From the NCBI GenBank assembly GCA_943367425.1, contig CALRJF020000011.1:53709-117708 (forward strand): DNA of 64,000 nt. The letters run 5' to 3'. Below are positions 49,670-60,497 of this stretch, piece by piece. Source of the stretch: Candidatus Sulfopaludibacter sp. SbA3. GTDB lineage: Bacteria > Cyanobacteriota > Cyanobacteriia > PCC-6307 > Cyanobiaceae. The translations under genes and the position numbers were made by a program. The notes below the pieces were generated by a model. It was not told where the DNA came from, did not search any database, and saw only the letters and a list, made by a program, of their open reading frames with translations. Positions within the stretch are counted from its first letter, which is position 1; each line of letters begins with the position of its first letter.

Positions 49670-50659
49670 TTGGATCAGGCCAGATTCGCCCGTAACTACA
49701 TCGCCTGTACCGAGCGGGGGGACGTCGTTGCCACGAAGTCCCTCCTCTTTCTTTGGGTCAAGACCTATTTCGCCTCCCTCTCACCGGCACCCAGTCGTCA
49801 GGAACTCACCAACCCCGACCTCTGGGGCTGCCTGGCCCAGTACGCCTCCGTCACCGGTGATCACGCTCCAGTCGACGACTTCTGGTCGCGGCTCGACGGC
49901 ATCAGCCCCTGCGCCGAGCCGTCCGCCAGCATCCCGCTGCTGGGCGTGCCGATCCTCAATCGCCCCGATCTGCTCGAACGGCTGATCGAGAGCATCGACG
50001 CGCCTGTCGACACCCTGGCGATCGTCGACAACAGCGTCGGCTCCGGCCTGGCGGACAGCGACGCCCTCTCCCGCCTGCTCCGGCAGCTCGAACGGGAACC
50101 CCCCGGCGCCATCCAGCAGGTGAAGGTCTCGCGGCCCTTCAACAACCAGGGGGTGGCCGCCAGCTGGAACGCGATCCTCTCGTCGTTTCCCCACGCCGCC
50201 TACGCCCTGCTCGTCAACAACGACGTGGTCTTCCCCCCGGGGGCCCTGGGCCAGGTGATCGAGCGGATCAACCCCGCCAGGCCCCAGTTCCTGCCGATGC
50301 TGCCGGCGCCCCAGGAGTTCTCGGCCTTCGCCCTCACGCCGGGCGTCTGGGATCGGGTGGGACTGTTCGACGCCAGCTTCTACCCCGCCTACTGCGAGGA
50401 CCTGGAATACATCGAGCGGCTGCGCCTCGACCCGACGGTCGAATGGATCGTGCTCGATTCCCTTCAGGACGCCCTGGAGCGCTGCAACCCCACGGTGAGC
50501 GCCACCATCGCCAGCGACCCTCGGCTGGAGGCCTGCAACCGGACCACCCACCTGCTCAACTGCCTCTGGCTGCACAGCCTCAGGCGCCTGGAGGCCCCCC
50601 ATCGCGGCACCTGGATGCGGCGCTGGCTCAGCCAGTGGGATCTCGAGCCCCTCCCCTGA
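49670..50659 (+). CDS. GT2-like glycosyltransferase
   Basis: LGVPILNRPDLL, AIVDNS, NQGVAASWN, LVNNDV, FDASFYPAYCEDLEY. Confidence 0.8.
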   Translation: MDQARFARNYIACTERGDVVATKSLLFLWVKTYFASLSPAPSRQELTNPDLWGCLAQYASVTGDHAPVDDFWSRLDGISPCAEPSASIPLLGVPILNRPDLLERLIESIDAPVDTLAIVDNSVGSGLADSDALSRLLRQLEREPPGAIQQVKVSRPFNNQGVAASWNAILSSFPHAAYALLVNNDVVFPPGALGQVIERINPARPQFLPMLPAPQEFSAFALTPGVWDRVGLFDASFYPAYCEDLEYIERLRLDPTVEWIVLDSLQDALERCNPTVSATIASDPRLEACNRTTHLLNCLWLHSLRRLEAPHRGTWMRRWLSQWDLEPLP

Positions 50660-50681
50660 GGCCCGAAGTCGATGGGGCCGC

Positions 50682-50906
50682 TCAGCCCTCGGGGGTCCGG
50701 CCCGCCATCAGCTTCTCGATCTTGCGGATCCGCTGCAGGGTGGTCTGCCACACCTCCAGCCGGAAGGCCGCATCCCCATCCGCCGCCGCCTCGGCGCGGC
50801 ACTGGTCGATCAGGGCCTCCAGGTCCTCACGCCGTTCGTAGGCGTCCCAGAGCTGCCGTTCCAGCCGGGCCCGTTCGATGAAGTTCCAGCGCTGCAGCCA
50901 CGACAT
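50682..50906 (-). CDS. small conserved-type cyanobacterial hypothetical protein
   Basis: [44 protein letters not shown]; coding-like composition. Confidence 0.75.
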   Translation of the reverse strand: MSWLQRWNFIERARLERQLWDAYERREDLEALIDQCRAEAAADGDAAFRLEVWQTTLQRIRKIEKLMAGRTPEG

Positions 50907-50998
50907 GGGAAGGGTTCGGCGTGGCACCAGTTAAGCCAGCGGGCGCGGCGCTGGTGGGGATGGGAGACTGGCGGCCACGATTCATGCGGGAGCCAGCC

Positions 50999-52245
<1,247 letters not shown>

Positions 52246-52249
<4 letters not shown>

Positions 52250-52593
52250 ATGGGGTCCAGCACCATCTGCTGCTCTGCGCCACCCCCACCAAGGCGCTCT
52301 GCGGCGATCCGGCGGTGGGAGCCGCCAGCTGGGACCGCCTCAAACAGCTGATCCGCGACCTGGGCCTGGAGGATCCCCAGCGCCCCGAAGGTCTGGTGCT
52401 GCGCACCAAGGCCGATTGCCTGCGGGTCTGCGCCGCTGGCCCGGTGCTGCTGATCTGGCCCGACGGCATCACCTACGGCGGCGTCACCCCCGAGCGGATC
52501 GAGCGGATCGTCCACGAGCATGTCATCGGTGGGGTGCCGATCGAGGACTGGATCGTGCGGCGGCTTCCCTTCGCTTCGGGCGCTAAGGGCTGA
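52246..52593 (+). CDS. thioredoxin-like [2Fe-2S] ferredoxin
   Basis: [38 protein letters not shown]. Confidence 0.9.
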
Positions 52594-53629
52594 GCTGCTC
52601 CAGCCAGGCCGCCGCCAGGCGGTCAGCCCAGCAGGCACCAGGCCCGTCATCGGGGGCATGGAAACCGTTGTGGCCGCCATGGGGGGTGATCACCACCTCC
52701 AGCCTGTCGGGGCGGTCGGCGGCCAGGCCGGCCGCCAGCCGTTGCAGCGGCCCCGCCGGCACCCAGGGGTCATCGGCGGCATGCACCAGCAGGGTGGGTT
52801 GCACCGGCGGGCGGGCCTGCAAGGTCTGCAGGGGACTGGCGGCGGCGTAGTAGGCCGCCACCGACCCATACCCCCAGCGGGGTGCGGTGATGGCGGCGTC
52901 GAAACCGCGGATCGTGCGCGCCCGCTCCGGCCCCACCAGGGCCTGGCGCTCGCCGTCCGCCAGTCCGCCTGGATCCCCCAGGGTCTGGTGCCGCAGCCGG
53001 CCCATCAGCCAGCGCTGGTAGACGCGGTTGCGGCGCCGCTCGAACTGGTCGGCGCAGACGGTCAGATCAAGGGGACTGCTGATGCAGACCAGCCCATTGA
53101 GCAGGCCGGCGGGCCCGGCCGGATCAAGGCATCCATTGAGCAGCACCGTGCCCCCCAGGGAGATGCCGGCGCCATACAGGGGCAACGATCCGGCCCGCTG
53201 CCGCGCCCAGGCCAGAGCCGGCCAGAGATCGCCGTTGCAGCGCGCGCAGTAGGTGCCCCTGGCCAGGGGGCGGCCCACGCCGGCGCCCCGCAGGTTAAGC
53301 CGCAGCACGGCGAAGCCCCGGCCCCGCAGCACGATGGCGAGCCGCCGGGGGCCGGGTCCGTCGCAGGAGCCCCCCAGCCCATGAACCACCACCACCAGGC
53401 CCTTCGGCCCGCCGCCGGGGCTGGAACCGGGACCACCCGGCCCGTCCAGGCGGCCGGCCAGCTGGTCGCCATCGGGCAGGGGAATGGTGACGGGCTCCGC
53501 CCGTTCCGGCGGGAAGCGCTGGGGACGCATGGTGTCCCGCAGGGTCTGCAGATCCGCCCCCAGCCAGGGGGAGCGCTCCCGGAACGGGGTGAGGCCGAGC
53601 CGGTCCGGGAGATCAGGACGCTGCGCCAC
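52583..53629 (-). CDS. YheT-like alpha/beta hydrolase
   Basis: GADLQTL, VHGLGGS, NLRGAG, GISLGG (nucleophile elbow), HAADDPWV, GGHNGF. Confidence 0.88.
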   Translation of the reverse strand: MAQRPDLPDRLGLTPFRERSPWLGADLQTLRDTMRPQRFPPERAEPVTIPLPDGDQLAGRLDGPGGPGSSPGGGPKGLVVVVHGLGGSCDGPGPRRLAIVLRGRGFAVLRLNLRGAGVGRPLARGTYCARCNGDLWPALAWARQRAGSLPLYGAGISLGGTVLLNGCLDPAGPAGLLNGLVCISSPLDLTVCADQFERRRNRVYQRWLMGRLRHQTLGDPGGLADGERQALVGPERARTIRGFDAAITAPRWGYGSVAAYYAAASPLQTLQARPPVQPTLLVHAADDPWVPAGPLQRLAAGLAADRPDRLEVVITPHGGHNGFHAPDDGPGACWADRLAAAWLEQLSP

Positions 53630-53638
53630 GGCCGGCCC

Positions 53639-55069
53639 TCAGGCGGCCACCTTCGCCTTGCCGACGCCCATGGACCGCAGTTCGCTCAGCAGGCCGTTGA
53701 GCACCGCCTTGGCGTCACCGAAGACCATGGCGGTCTGGGGCATTTCGAACAGGGCGTTGTTGATGCCGGCATAACCGGCGCCGAGGCTGCGCTTCACCAC
53801 GAACACCTGACGGGCCTGGTCCACCTCCAGCACGGGCATCCCGTAGAGGGGGCTGGTCGGATCGTTCTTGGCCTGGGGGTTCACCACGTCATTGGCCCCC
53901 AGCACGATCACCACATCGGTGCGCGGGAACTCCGGATTGATCAGGTCCATCTCCTGCATCTGCTCGTAGGGAACATCGGCCTCCGCCAGCAGCACGTTCA
54001 TGTGGCCGGGCATGCGCCCCGCCACCGGATGGATGGCGTAGCTCACCTCCACCCCATGGGCCTCGAGCAGCTTGGCCAGCTCCCGCAGGGCGTGCTGGGC
54101 CTGGGCCACCGCCAGGCCGTAACCGGGCACGAACACCACCCGCTCCGCCTGCTCCAGCGCCATGGCGCATTCCTCGGCGCTGCAGCTGGTGATGCGGGTG
54201 TAGCCCGCTTCGCTGCCGCCGCCGCCCACCGCGCCGCCGCTGGCCCCGAGGGCACCGCCGAACAGGACGGACACCAGGGAGCGATTCATGGCCGTGCACA
54301 TCACCTGGGTGAGGATCAGCCCGGCAGCCCCCACCATGGCGCCGGCCACGATCAGCAGCTGACTGCCCACCACGAAGCCCGCCGCCGCCGCCGCCACACC
54401 GGAATAGGAATTGAGCAGCGAGATCACCACGGGCATGTCGGCGCCGCCGATCGGCAGCGTCACGCCGATGCCGAGCAGGGTGGCACCGCCCACCAGCAGC
54501 CAGAGGGGCAGGCCGCCCGGATCGCCCGGCAGCAGCAGGGCCGACACCAGGCAGAGCACCGCCAGGGAAATGTTGACGCCATGGCGCAGGCGGCTCTGGG
54601 TCCAGGCGGGGGTGTCCAGCCAGCCCTGCAGCTTGGCCATGGCCACGATCGAACCGCTGAAGGTGATCGCGCCCACGAACACGGACACGGCGATCGAGAT
54701 CAGGGCCACGATGTCGGCATCGCCGGTATCGAACAGGGCCACCCCCACCGCCACCAGCAGCGAGGCCATGCCGCCGCAGCCGTTGAACAGGGCCACGGTC
54801 TCGGGCATGGCCGTCATCGGCACCCGACGGGCGGTGATCAATCCGGCCACGCCGCCGGCGGCACTGCCGACGGCGATCCACAGCCAGGCCTGCGGGTCGG
54901 GGCGGATCTGGATCAGCAGGCCCACCACCGCCAGGCCCATGGCCAGGGCGGCCAGACCATTGGCGCCCCGGGCGGAACTCACCTTGGCCAGCCCCTTGAT
55001 GCCGAGGGCGAGCAGCAGAACGGCCGCCAGGTCGATGCCGGCGGCGAACAGATCCATGGAAACGGTCAT
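53639..55069 (-). CDS. pntB: NAD(P) transhydrogenase subunit beta
   Basis: MPETVALFNGCGG, IGGADMPVVISLLNSYSG, VPGYGLAVAQAQH, HPVAGRMPGHMNVLLAEA, GANDVVNP. Confidence 0.97.
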   Translation of the reverse strand: MTVSMDLFAAGIDLAAVLLLALGIKGLAKVSSARGANGLAALAMGLAVVGLLIQIRPDPQAWLWIAVGSAAGGVAGLITARRVPMTAMPETVALFNGCGGMASLLVAVGVALFDTGDADIVALISIAVSVFVGAITFSGSIVAMAKLQGWLDTPAWTQSRLRHGVNISLAVLCLVSALLLPGDPGGLPLWLLVGGATLLGIGVTLPIGGADMPVVISLLNSYSGVAAAAAGFVVGSQLLIVAGAMVGAAGLILTQVMCTAMNRSLVSVLFGGALGASGGAVGGGGSEAGYTRITSCSAEECAMALEQAERVVFVPGYGLAVAQAQHALRELAKLLEAHGVEVSYAIHPVAGRMPGHMNVLLAEADVPYEQMQEMDLINPEFPRTDVVIVLGANDVVNPQAKNDPTSPLYGMPVLEVDQARQVFVVKRSLGAGYAGINNALFEMPQTAMVFGDAKAVLNGLLSELRSMGVGKAKVAA

Positions 55070-55359
55070 CGGCTGTCGCCTTTGCGGCGGAACATGGCGA
55101 GCATGCGGTCGGTGACGAGGAAGCCACCGATCACGTTGTAAAGGGCGAAGCCCAGGGACAGGGCACCCAGCACCAGCAGGGCGGTGTTGGATCCGGCCTG
55201 CTGAATCAGGCTCAGGGAGGCCAGCACGGTGATGCCGCTGATGGCATTGGCCCCCGACATCAGGGGCGTGTGCAGGGTCGGCGGCACCTTGCCGATCAGT
55301 TCGAGCCCCAGGAGGCTGCCGAGCAGCAGCACCCAGAGGGATTGGGAAAGGGCACTCAT
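55066..55359 (-). CDS. pntA: NAD(P) transhydrogenase subunit alpha, part 2
   Basis: KVPPTLHTPLMSGANAISG, NVIGGFLVTDRMLAMF. Confidence 0.96.
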   Translation of the reverse strand: MSALSQSLWVLLLGSLLGLELIGKVPPTLHTPLMSGANAISGITVLASLSLIQQAGSNTALLVLGALSLGFALYNVIGGFLVTDRMLAMFRRKGDSR

Positions 55360-56513
55360 CAGCGGGCTCCGACAGGGGAAAGACCAGCGGGCTGAACGAT
55401 GTCCTCCCGACGGCAGGCACCCTCATGGGTGAACAGGCAACCATCGAGGATCGGATCCTCCGGATCCAGCCGGAAGCCCTCCTCCCCCAGCAGGTGCTCG
55501 ATCAGGGCCGCGATGTTGCGGGCGTAGAGGGCGCTGGCGTGGTTGGGCACGGTGCTGGGCAGGCCATCGGCGCCGATCAGCAGCACCCCCCGGCGCTCCA
55601 CCGTGGCGCCGGGAATGGTGCCGTAGCAGTTGCCCCCCTGGGCCACCGCCAGATCCACCACCACCGCTCCGGGACGCATGCCGTCGAGCATCTCCTCGCT
55701 GATCAGCCGCGGCGCCGGTCGACCCGGCACCAGGGCCGTGCAGATCACCATGTCGGCGAGGGCGAGCTGGTCGGCCAGCTGGCGCCGCTGGGCCGCCAGG
55801 AAGGCATCGCTGGCCTGGCGGGCGTAGCCGCCCACCTCGGCGGGCCCCTCCTCCAGCTCCGGCGGATCGATGAAGCGGCCGCCGAGGGATTCCACCTGCT
55901 CCTTCACCGCCGGCCGCACATCCGACACGTAGACGACGCCGCCGAGGCGGCGGGCGGTGGCCAGGGCCTGCAGGCCCGCCACCCCGGCCCCGAGGATCAG
56001 CACCCGCGACGGCTGGATCGTGCCGGCCGCCGTCATCAGCATCGGCACATAGCGATCGAGGGCGGCGGCGGCCAGCAGCACGGCCTTGTAGCCGGCGATG
56101 TTGGCCTGGGAGGAGAGCACATCCATCGACTGGGCCCGGCTGATGCGCGGCAGCAGCTCCAGGGCGATGGCGGAGGCCCGGCGGTCGTTGAGGACCTCCA
56201 CCAGGGCCGTGGCCCCATAGGGCGCCAGCAGTCCCACCACCAGGGCCCCCTGCCGCAGGCGCCCCAGGCTGGAACTGGCCGGAGGCTGAACGCACAGCAC
56301 CCCATCCGCGTCCTCCCAGGGCAGGGCCTCGCCCTCGTGCAGCTCGGCGCCCACGGCCTCGAAGTCGTCATCGAGGAAACCGGCGGAGGCTCCCGCGCCC
56401 CTCTCCACCTGCAGGGTCGCCCCCTTGGCGATCAGGCGCCGCACCGTTTCAGGGGTTGCGGCCACCCTTCGCTCACCGGAGGCCGTCTCCCTGGGAATCA
56501 GCAGTTTGACCAA
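55359..56513 (-). CDS. pntA: NAD(P) transhydrogenase subunit alpha, part 1
   Basis: GERRVAATPE, RISRAQSMDVLSSQANIAGYKAV, GAGVAGLQA, DVR, TALVPGRPAP. Confidence 0.97.
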   Translation of the reverse strand: MVKLLIPRETASGERRVAATPETVRRLIAKGATLQVERGAGASAGFLDDDFEAVGAELHEGEALPWEDADGVLCVQPPASSSLGRLRQGALVVGLLAPYGATALVEVLNDRRASAIALELLPRISRAQSMDVLSSQANIAGYKAVLLAAAALDRYVPMLMTAAGTIQPSRVLILGAGVAGLQALATARRLGGVVYVSDVRPAVKEQVESLGGRFIDPPELEEGPAEVGGYARQASDAFLAAQRRQLADQLALADMVICTALVPGRPAPRLISEEMLDGMRPGAVVVDLAVAQGGNCYGTIPGATVERRGVLLIGADGLPSTVPNHASALYARNIAALIEHLLGEEGFRLDPEDPILDGCLFTHEGACRREDIVQPAGLSPVGAR

Positions 56514-56629
56514 CGAAAACCCACGCGCACCCTCTATCCATTAGGCAGGCCTGGGGAAAGGGGGCAACCCATCCGGCCCCCATGTGCGGACACGCCCACC
56601 AACCTGTCCGGGCCCTGCAGAATCGGGCC

Positions 56630-58102
56630 ATGCCGGCACCCTCCTTCGACCTGGGTCTGCACCGCAGCCACCGGCCCGCGGCGGCGGCGGCCCTGCCCCA
56701 GCCCCGGGCCTGGCAGAGCCGCCTGATCCAGCTGCTGCGTTCCCGGCTGGTCACGGAAGCCGCCGCGGGCCATGACGTGCTGATCCACGCCGGACCCGGC
56801 GCCGGCAAGACCCTCGGGGCCCTGCTCGCCTTCCGGCAGCTGCACCGGGAGGGACGGCTGGACCGCTTCGTGGTCTTCTGCCACCGCAGCTCGATCGCCC
56901 GTCAATGGCGCGCCTCTGCCGCCCGGGTCGGCCTGGAACTGGCGGAATGGGACCCCCAGGTCGACACCAACACCGCCTGCGACAGCCACGGACTGCTGCT
57001 GAGCTACCAGGCGGCCTGCCTGCACCGGCAGCGGCTGGCCGACGACCTGGAACAGCGGCTGCATCCAGGCCGCTGGCTGGCCGTCGCCGACGAGGTGCAC
57101 CACCTGGGCCTGGATCCCCTCGAGCCGGAAGCCAGCGCCTGGGGCCATGCCTTCAGCGAACTCACCACCCGGGCCAGCCTGCGACTGGGACTGACAGGGA
57201 CGCCTTTCCGCGCCGACAACCTCGGCTTCTGTGCCGCCCGCCGGATCCGGGTCCTGGACCGGCACGGTCCGGCCGAACGCATCATCCCCGACCTGTGCGT
57301 CGAACCCCGCGGCCTGATCGCCGCCGGCGACGTGCGCCCCCTGGAATTCCGTTTTCAGGATGGCTGGGTGGAGCATGGGCGCCCCGAGGCGGGCGAGGCG
57401 CGCGAAACCTCTCCGCTGTCGGGGGAGCAGCGGGAGAGCTGGCGGGCCCGCAACCTGCGCCGGGCCATCCGCCCCGGCGACCGCGGCGGCATCGCCCTGA
57501 GGCTGCTGCTCCAGGCCCGTCGCCGTCTGGAGCGGGTGCGCCTGGAGCATCCCGGCGCCGGTGGCCTGGTGATCGCCCGTGACATCCGCCATGCCCAGCG
57601 GATCGCCGATCTTCTGGAACAGGAAGGCGACCGGGTGCATCTGGTCCACTCCCAGGATCCGGAGGCGGCGACACGGCTGGCGGCGTTCCAGGCCGGTGAG
57701 GCCGACTGGCTGGTGAGCATCGACATGTGCGCCGAGGGCTTCGATGCGCCCAGGCTGCGGGTGGTGGCCTACCTGACCACGGTGGTGACCCGCAGCCGCT
57801 TCGTGCAGGCCATCACCCGGGCCGTGCGCATGGATGCGGAACGGTCGGCCATCGAGGCGATCCCCCGCCAGCCCTCCTACGTGTTCGCCCCGGCCGATCC
57901 CCTGCTGATCGGCTATGCGCGGGGCTGGACCCTGAGCGAGCCCTATCTGATCCGACCTCGGGCCGAAGGGGAGCCGTTGGCAACGGCGGCGGGAGCTGCA
58001 GCGTCAGGTCCACTTCCCCTTCTGGCCCTGGCCGATGACGCCGGTGAAATCCTTGCGGTCAACGGGCCCTCGCTGCCTTTTTTCCTGCGCAGGAGAACTT
58101 AA
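56630..58102 (+). CDS. SF2 (DEAD/DEAH-like) helicase
   Basis: PRAWQ, AGPGAGKT, DEVHH, LTGTPFR, MCAEGFD, QAITRAVR. Confidence 0.9.
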   Translation: MPAPSFDLGLHRSHRPAAAAALPQPRAWQSRLIQLLRSRLVTEAAAGHDVLIHAGPGAGKTLGALLAFRQLHREGRLDRFVVFCHRSSIARQWRASAARVGLELAEWDPQVDTNTACDSHGLLLSYQAACLHRQRLADDLEQRLHPGRWLAVADEVHHLGLDPLEPEASAWGHAFSELTTRASLRLGLTGTPFRADNLGFCAARRIRVLDRHGPAERIIPDLCVEPRGLIAAGDVRPLEFRFQDGWVEHGRPEAGEARETSPLSGEQRESWRARNLRRAIRPGDRGGIALRLLLQARRRLERVRLEHPGAGGLVIARDIRHAQRIADLLEQEGDRVHLVHSQDPEAATRLAAFQAGEADWLVSIDMCAEGFDAPRLRVVAYLTTVVTRSRFVQAITRAVRMDAERSAIEAIPRQPSYVFAPADPLLIGYARGWTLSEPYLIRPRAEGEPLATAAGAAASGPLPLLALADDAGEILAVNGPSLPFFLRRRT

Positions 58103-58222
58103 AATCGGCTGATTTTTCCGGCTTTGAGGCACATTTTCTGCAACGATGTGCCAACCAACACCATGAATCGGCCGGACACCCGCCAACGTGGGCCCCACAG
58201 GACATCCACCGAGATCAACCCG

Positions 58223-58501
58223 ATGGACTCTCCCAAGGACGGTTCCCTCAACCAGGACGGTTCTCTCGACGCCGCGGTGCACCGAAGGGTGACCGTCGCG
58301 GTGTGCTGGGCACTGGCCAGACGGGCGGCTCTCGATGGGCGTGAACTCTTCGAAGACAGCTACGCCATCAACGAGGAATTCCGCGAGTGGCTGCTCAGCC
58401 TGGAAGACCACCCGGACGTGCTGCAGGCCAACGTTCTGATGGTGCCCCGTGATCTGCACCTGGGACGGCGACCGGAAACGGATGGGCTGCTGGAGATCTG
58501 A
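58223..58501 (+). CDS. small conserved-type hypothetical protein
   Basis: RRVTVAVCWALARRA..FEDSYAINEEFREWLLSLEDHP. Start uncertain (58124-58223). Confidence 0.7.
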   Translation: MDSPKDGSLNQDGSLDAAVHRRVTVAVCWALARRAALDGRELFEDSYAINEEFREWLLSLEDHPDVLQANVLMVPRDLHLGRRPETDGLLEI

Positions 58502-58566
58502 GCAGGGTCCCGCCGTGGGCGAAGACATCTTCTAGGGTGAAGTCATAACTGATTCGCGTTAGAACC

Positions 58567-59955
58567 ATGGCCGGCGAGAGCGTTGTCGAAAACCTCGTGA
58601 TCGTCGGTTCCGGTCCGGCCGGCTACACCGCCGCCATCTACGCCGCCCGGGCCAACCTCAGTCCCCTGCTGATCACCGGCTTCCAGGACGGCGGCATCCC
58701 CGGCGGTCAGCTGATGACCACCACCCACGTGGAGAACTTCCCCGGCTTCCCCGACGGGATCCTCGGCCCCGACCTGATGGACCGGATGAAGGCCCAGGCG
58801 GAACGCTGGGGCACCCGGCTGGTCGAAGCCGATGCCGAGGCCATCGACCTCTCGGAGCGTCCTTTCCGGGTTCGCGCCGAAGGCCGGACCATCCGCACCC
58901 ACGCCCTGATCCTGGCCACCGGCGCCAGCGCCAACCGGCTGGGGCTGCCCCAGGAGGAGCGCTTCTGGAGCCGCGGCATCAGCGCCTGCGCGATCTGCGA
59001 CGGCGCCACCCCCCAGTTCCGCCAGGCCGAGCTGGCGGTGGTGGGGGGTGGCGATTCCGCCTGTGAGGAAGCCGTCTATCTCACCAAATACGGCAGCCAC
59101 GTCCATCTGATCGTCCGCGGCAGCCACCTGCGGGCCAGTGCCGCCATGGCCGACCGGGTGATGGCCAATCCCGCCATCACCGTCCACTGGAACCGCCAGG
59201 TGGTCGAGGCCCTCGGCTCCGACGCCAGCCCCGAGTGGCTCGCGGCGATCCAGCTGCGCGATGTGCTCAGCGGCGCCAGCGAAACCCTGGCCGTCAAGGG
59301 ACTCTTCTATGCCATCGGCCATACCCCCAACACCCACCTGGTGCGCGACCAGCTGGAGCTGGATGCCCATGGCTACCTGGTGACCCGCCCCGGCCGCCCC
59401 GACACGCCCATCGAGGGGGTGTATGCCGCCGGCGACGTGGCCGATGCTGAATGGCGCCAGGGGGTCACCGCCGCCGGCAGCGGCTGTCAGGCCGCCCTGG
59501 CCGCCGAGCGTTGGCTCAGCCACCACGGCCTGGCCACCACCATCAGCCGCGAGGTGGTCGAGCCGGCGCCCCTCGGTGAAATCGTGCCCACCGCCGTCAG
59601 CGACGAGGAGAATTTCGACCCGCAGGCCCTCTGGCAGAAGGGAAGCTTTGCCCTGCGCAAGCTGTACCACGACAGCGACAAGCCCCTGCTGGTGGTTTAC
59701 ACCTCCCCCAGCTGTGGCCCCTGCCACGTGCTCAAGCCCCAGTTGAAGCGGGTGCTTCAGGAGCTGGAGGGCCGGGCCCAGGGGGTCGAGATCGACATCG
59801 AAGCCGACCAGGACATCGCCCTCCAGGCCGGTGTCAACGGCACCCCCACCGTGCAGCTGTTCTTCCGCAAGGAACTCCGCCAGCAATGGCAGGGGGTGAA
59901 GCAGCGCAGCGAATTCCGCAGCGCCATCGACGACCTGCTGGCGGTGCCGGCCTGA
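58567..59955 (+). CDS. trxB: thioredoxin-disulfide reductase with C-terminal thioredoxin domain (NTRC-type)
   Basis: GSGPAGYTAAIY, GGQLMTT, CAICDG, GGGDSA, AAGDVAD, C-terminal CGPC. Confidence 0.96.
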   Translation: MAGESVVENLVIVGSGPAGYTAAIYAARANLSPLLITGFQDGGIPGGQLMTTTHVENFPGFPDGILGPDLMDRMKAQAERWGTRLVEADAEAIDLSERPFRVRAEGRTIRTHALILATGASANRLGLPQEERFWSRGISACAICDGATPQFRQAELAVVGGGDSACEEAVYLTKYGSHVHLIVRGSHLRASAAMADRVMANPAITVHWNRQVVEALGSDASPEWLAAIQLRDVLSGASETLAVKGLFYAIGHTPNTHLVRDQLELDAHGYLVTRPGRPDTPIEGVYAAGDVADAEWRQGVTAAGSGCQAALAAERWLSHHGLATTISREVVEPAPLGEIVPTAVSDEENFDPQALWQKGSFALRKLYHDSDKPLLVVYTSPSCGPCHVLKPQLKRVLQELEGRAQGVEIDIEADQDIALQAGVNGTPTVQLFFRKELRQQWQGVKQRSEFRSAIDDLLAVPA

Positions 59956-59990
59956 TCGGATTCAGATACGCGTCGGAGCGATGCGCCGGA

Positions 59991-60260
59991 TCAGCGGCGC
60001 CGGGGACCGCCGGGCCGGTTGCCGCCGGGACGGGGCCCCGTGGCTCCGGCGTTGCGTTCCCGATAGGTGATGCGGCCCCGGGACAGGTCGTAGGGGCTGA
60101 TCTCGACCAGCACCTTGTCACCGGCCAGCAGCTTGATCCGGAACTTGGTCAGCTTCCCCGCCGCCCGGCAGAGGCACTGGTGACCGGCAGGCTGCTCGAG
60201 GGTGACGAGGTAGAACCCGTTGCCCTGCTCCTTTTCGATCACACCGGACGTTTCGATCAT
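59991..60260 (-). CDS. infA: translation initiation factor IF-1
   Basis: GKLTKFRIKLLAGDKVLVEISPYDLSRGRITYR. Confidence 0.97.
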   Translation of the reverse strand: MIETSGVIEKEQGNGFYLVTLEQPAGHQCLCRAAGKLTKFRIKLLAGDKVLVEISPYDLSRGRITYRERNAGATGPRPGGNRPGGPRRR

Positions 60261-60386
60261 GCGGGGGGTTGGTCAGCGAAAGACAGCTTTTGAAAGCTTA
60301 GTTGGCGGCCGTGCCACCCCCCTTCGCCCCGCGGCCGGGGGAACGGGGCGATAGCCTCGGCCCTCCTTCGGACCTGGCCTGCCCCC

Positions 60387-60485
60387 ATGATCCTTCCTCC
60401 TTTCTCGATGGATCTGGGCCTGCTGCTGATCTCGATCGGCGTGGTCAATGTCTGGCGCGTGTGGCGTGCCCGCGAAGGCTCCTGA
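60387..60485 (+). CDS. possible 32-aa single-TM protein
   Basis: MILPPFSMDLGLLLISIGVVNVWRVWRAREGS; stops 12 nt before the next gene. Confidence 0.45.
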   Translation: MILPPFSMDLGLLLISIGVVNVWRVWRAREGS

Positions 60486-60497
60486 GACACCGGGCCG

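Noticed and set aside
55066-56513. Split pntA
   Set aside because: A two-part alpha subunit is a normal arrangement.
58567-59955. Thioredoxin reductase-thioredoxin fusion
   Set aside because: This is the known NTRC architecture of cyanobacteria and plastids.
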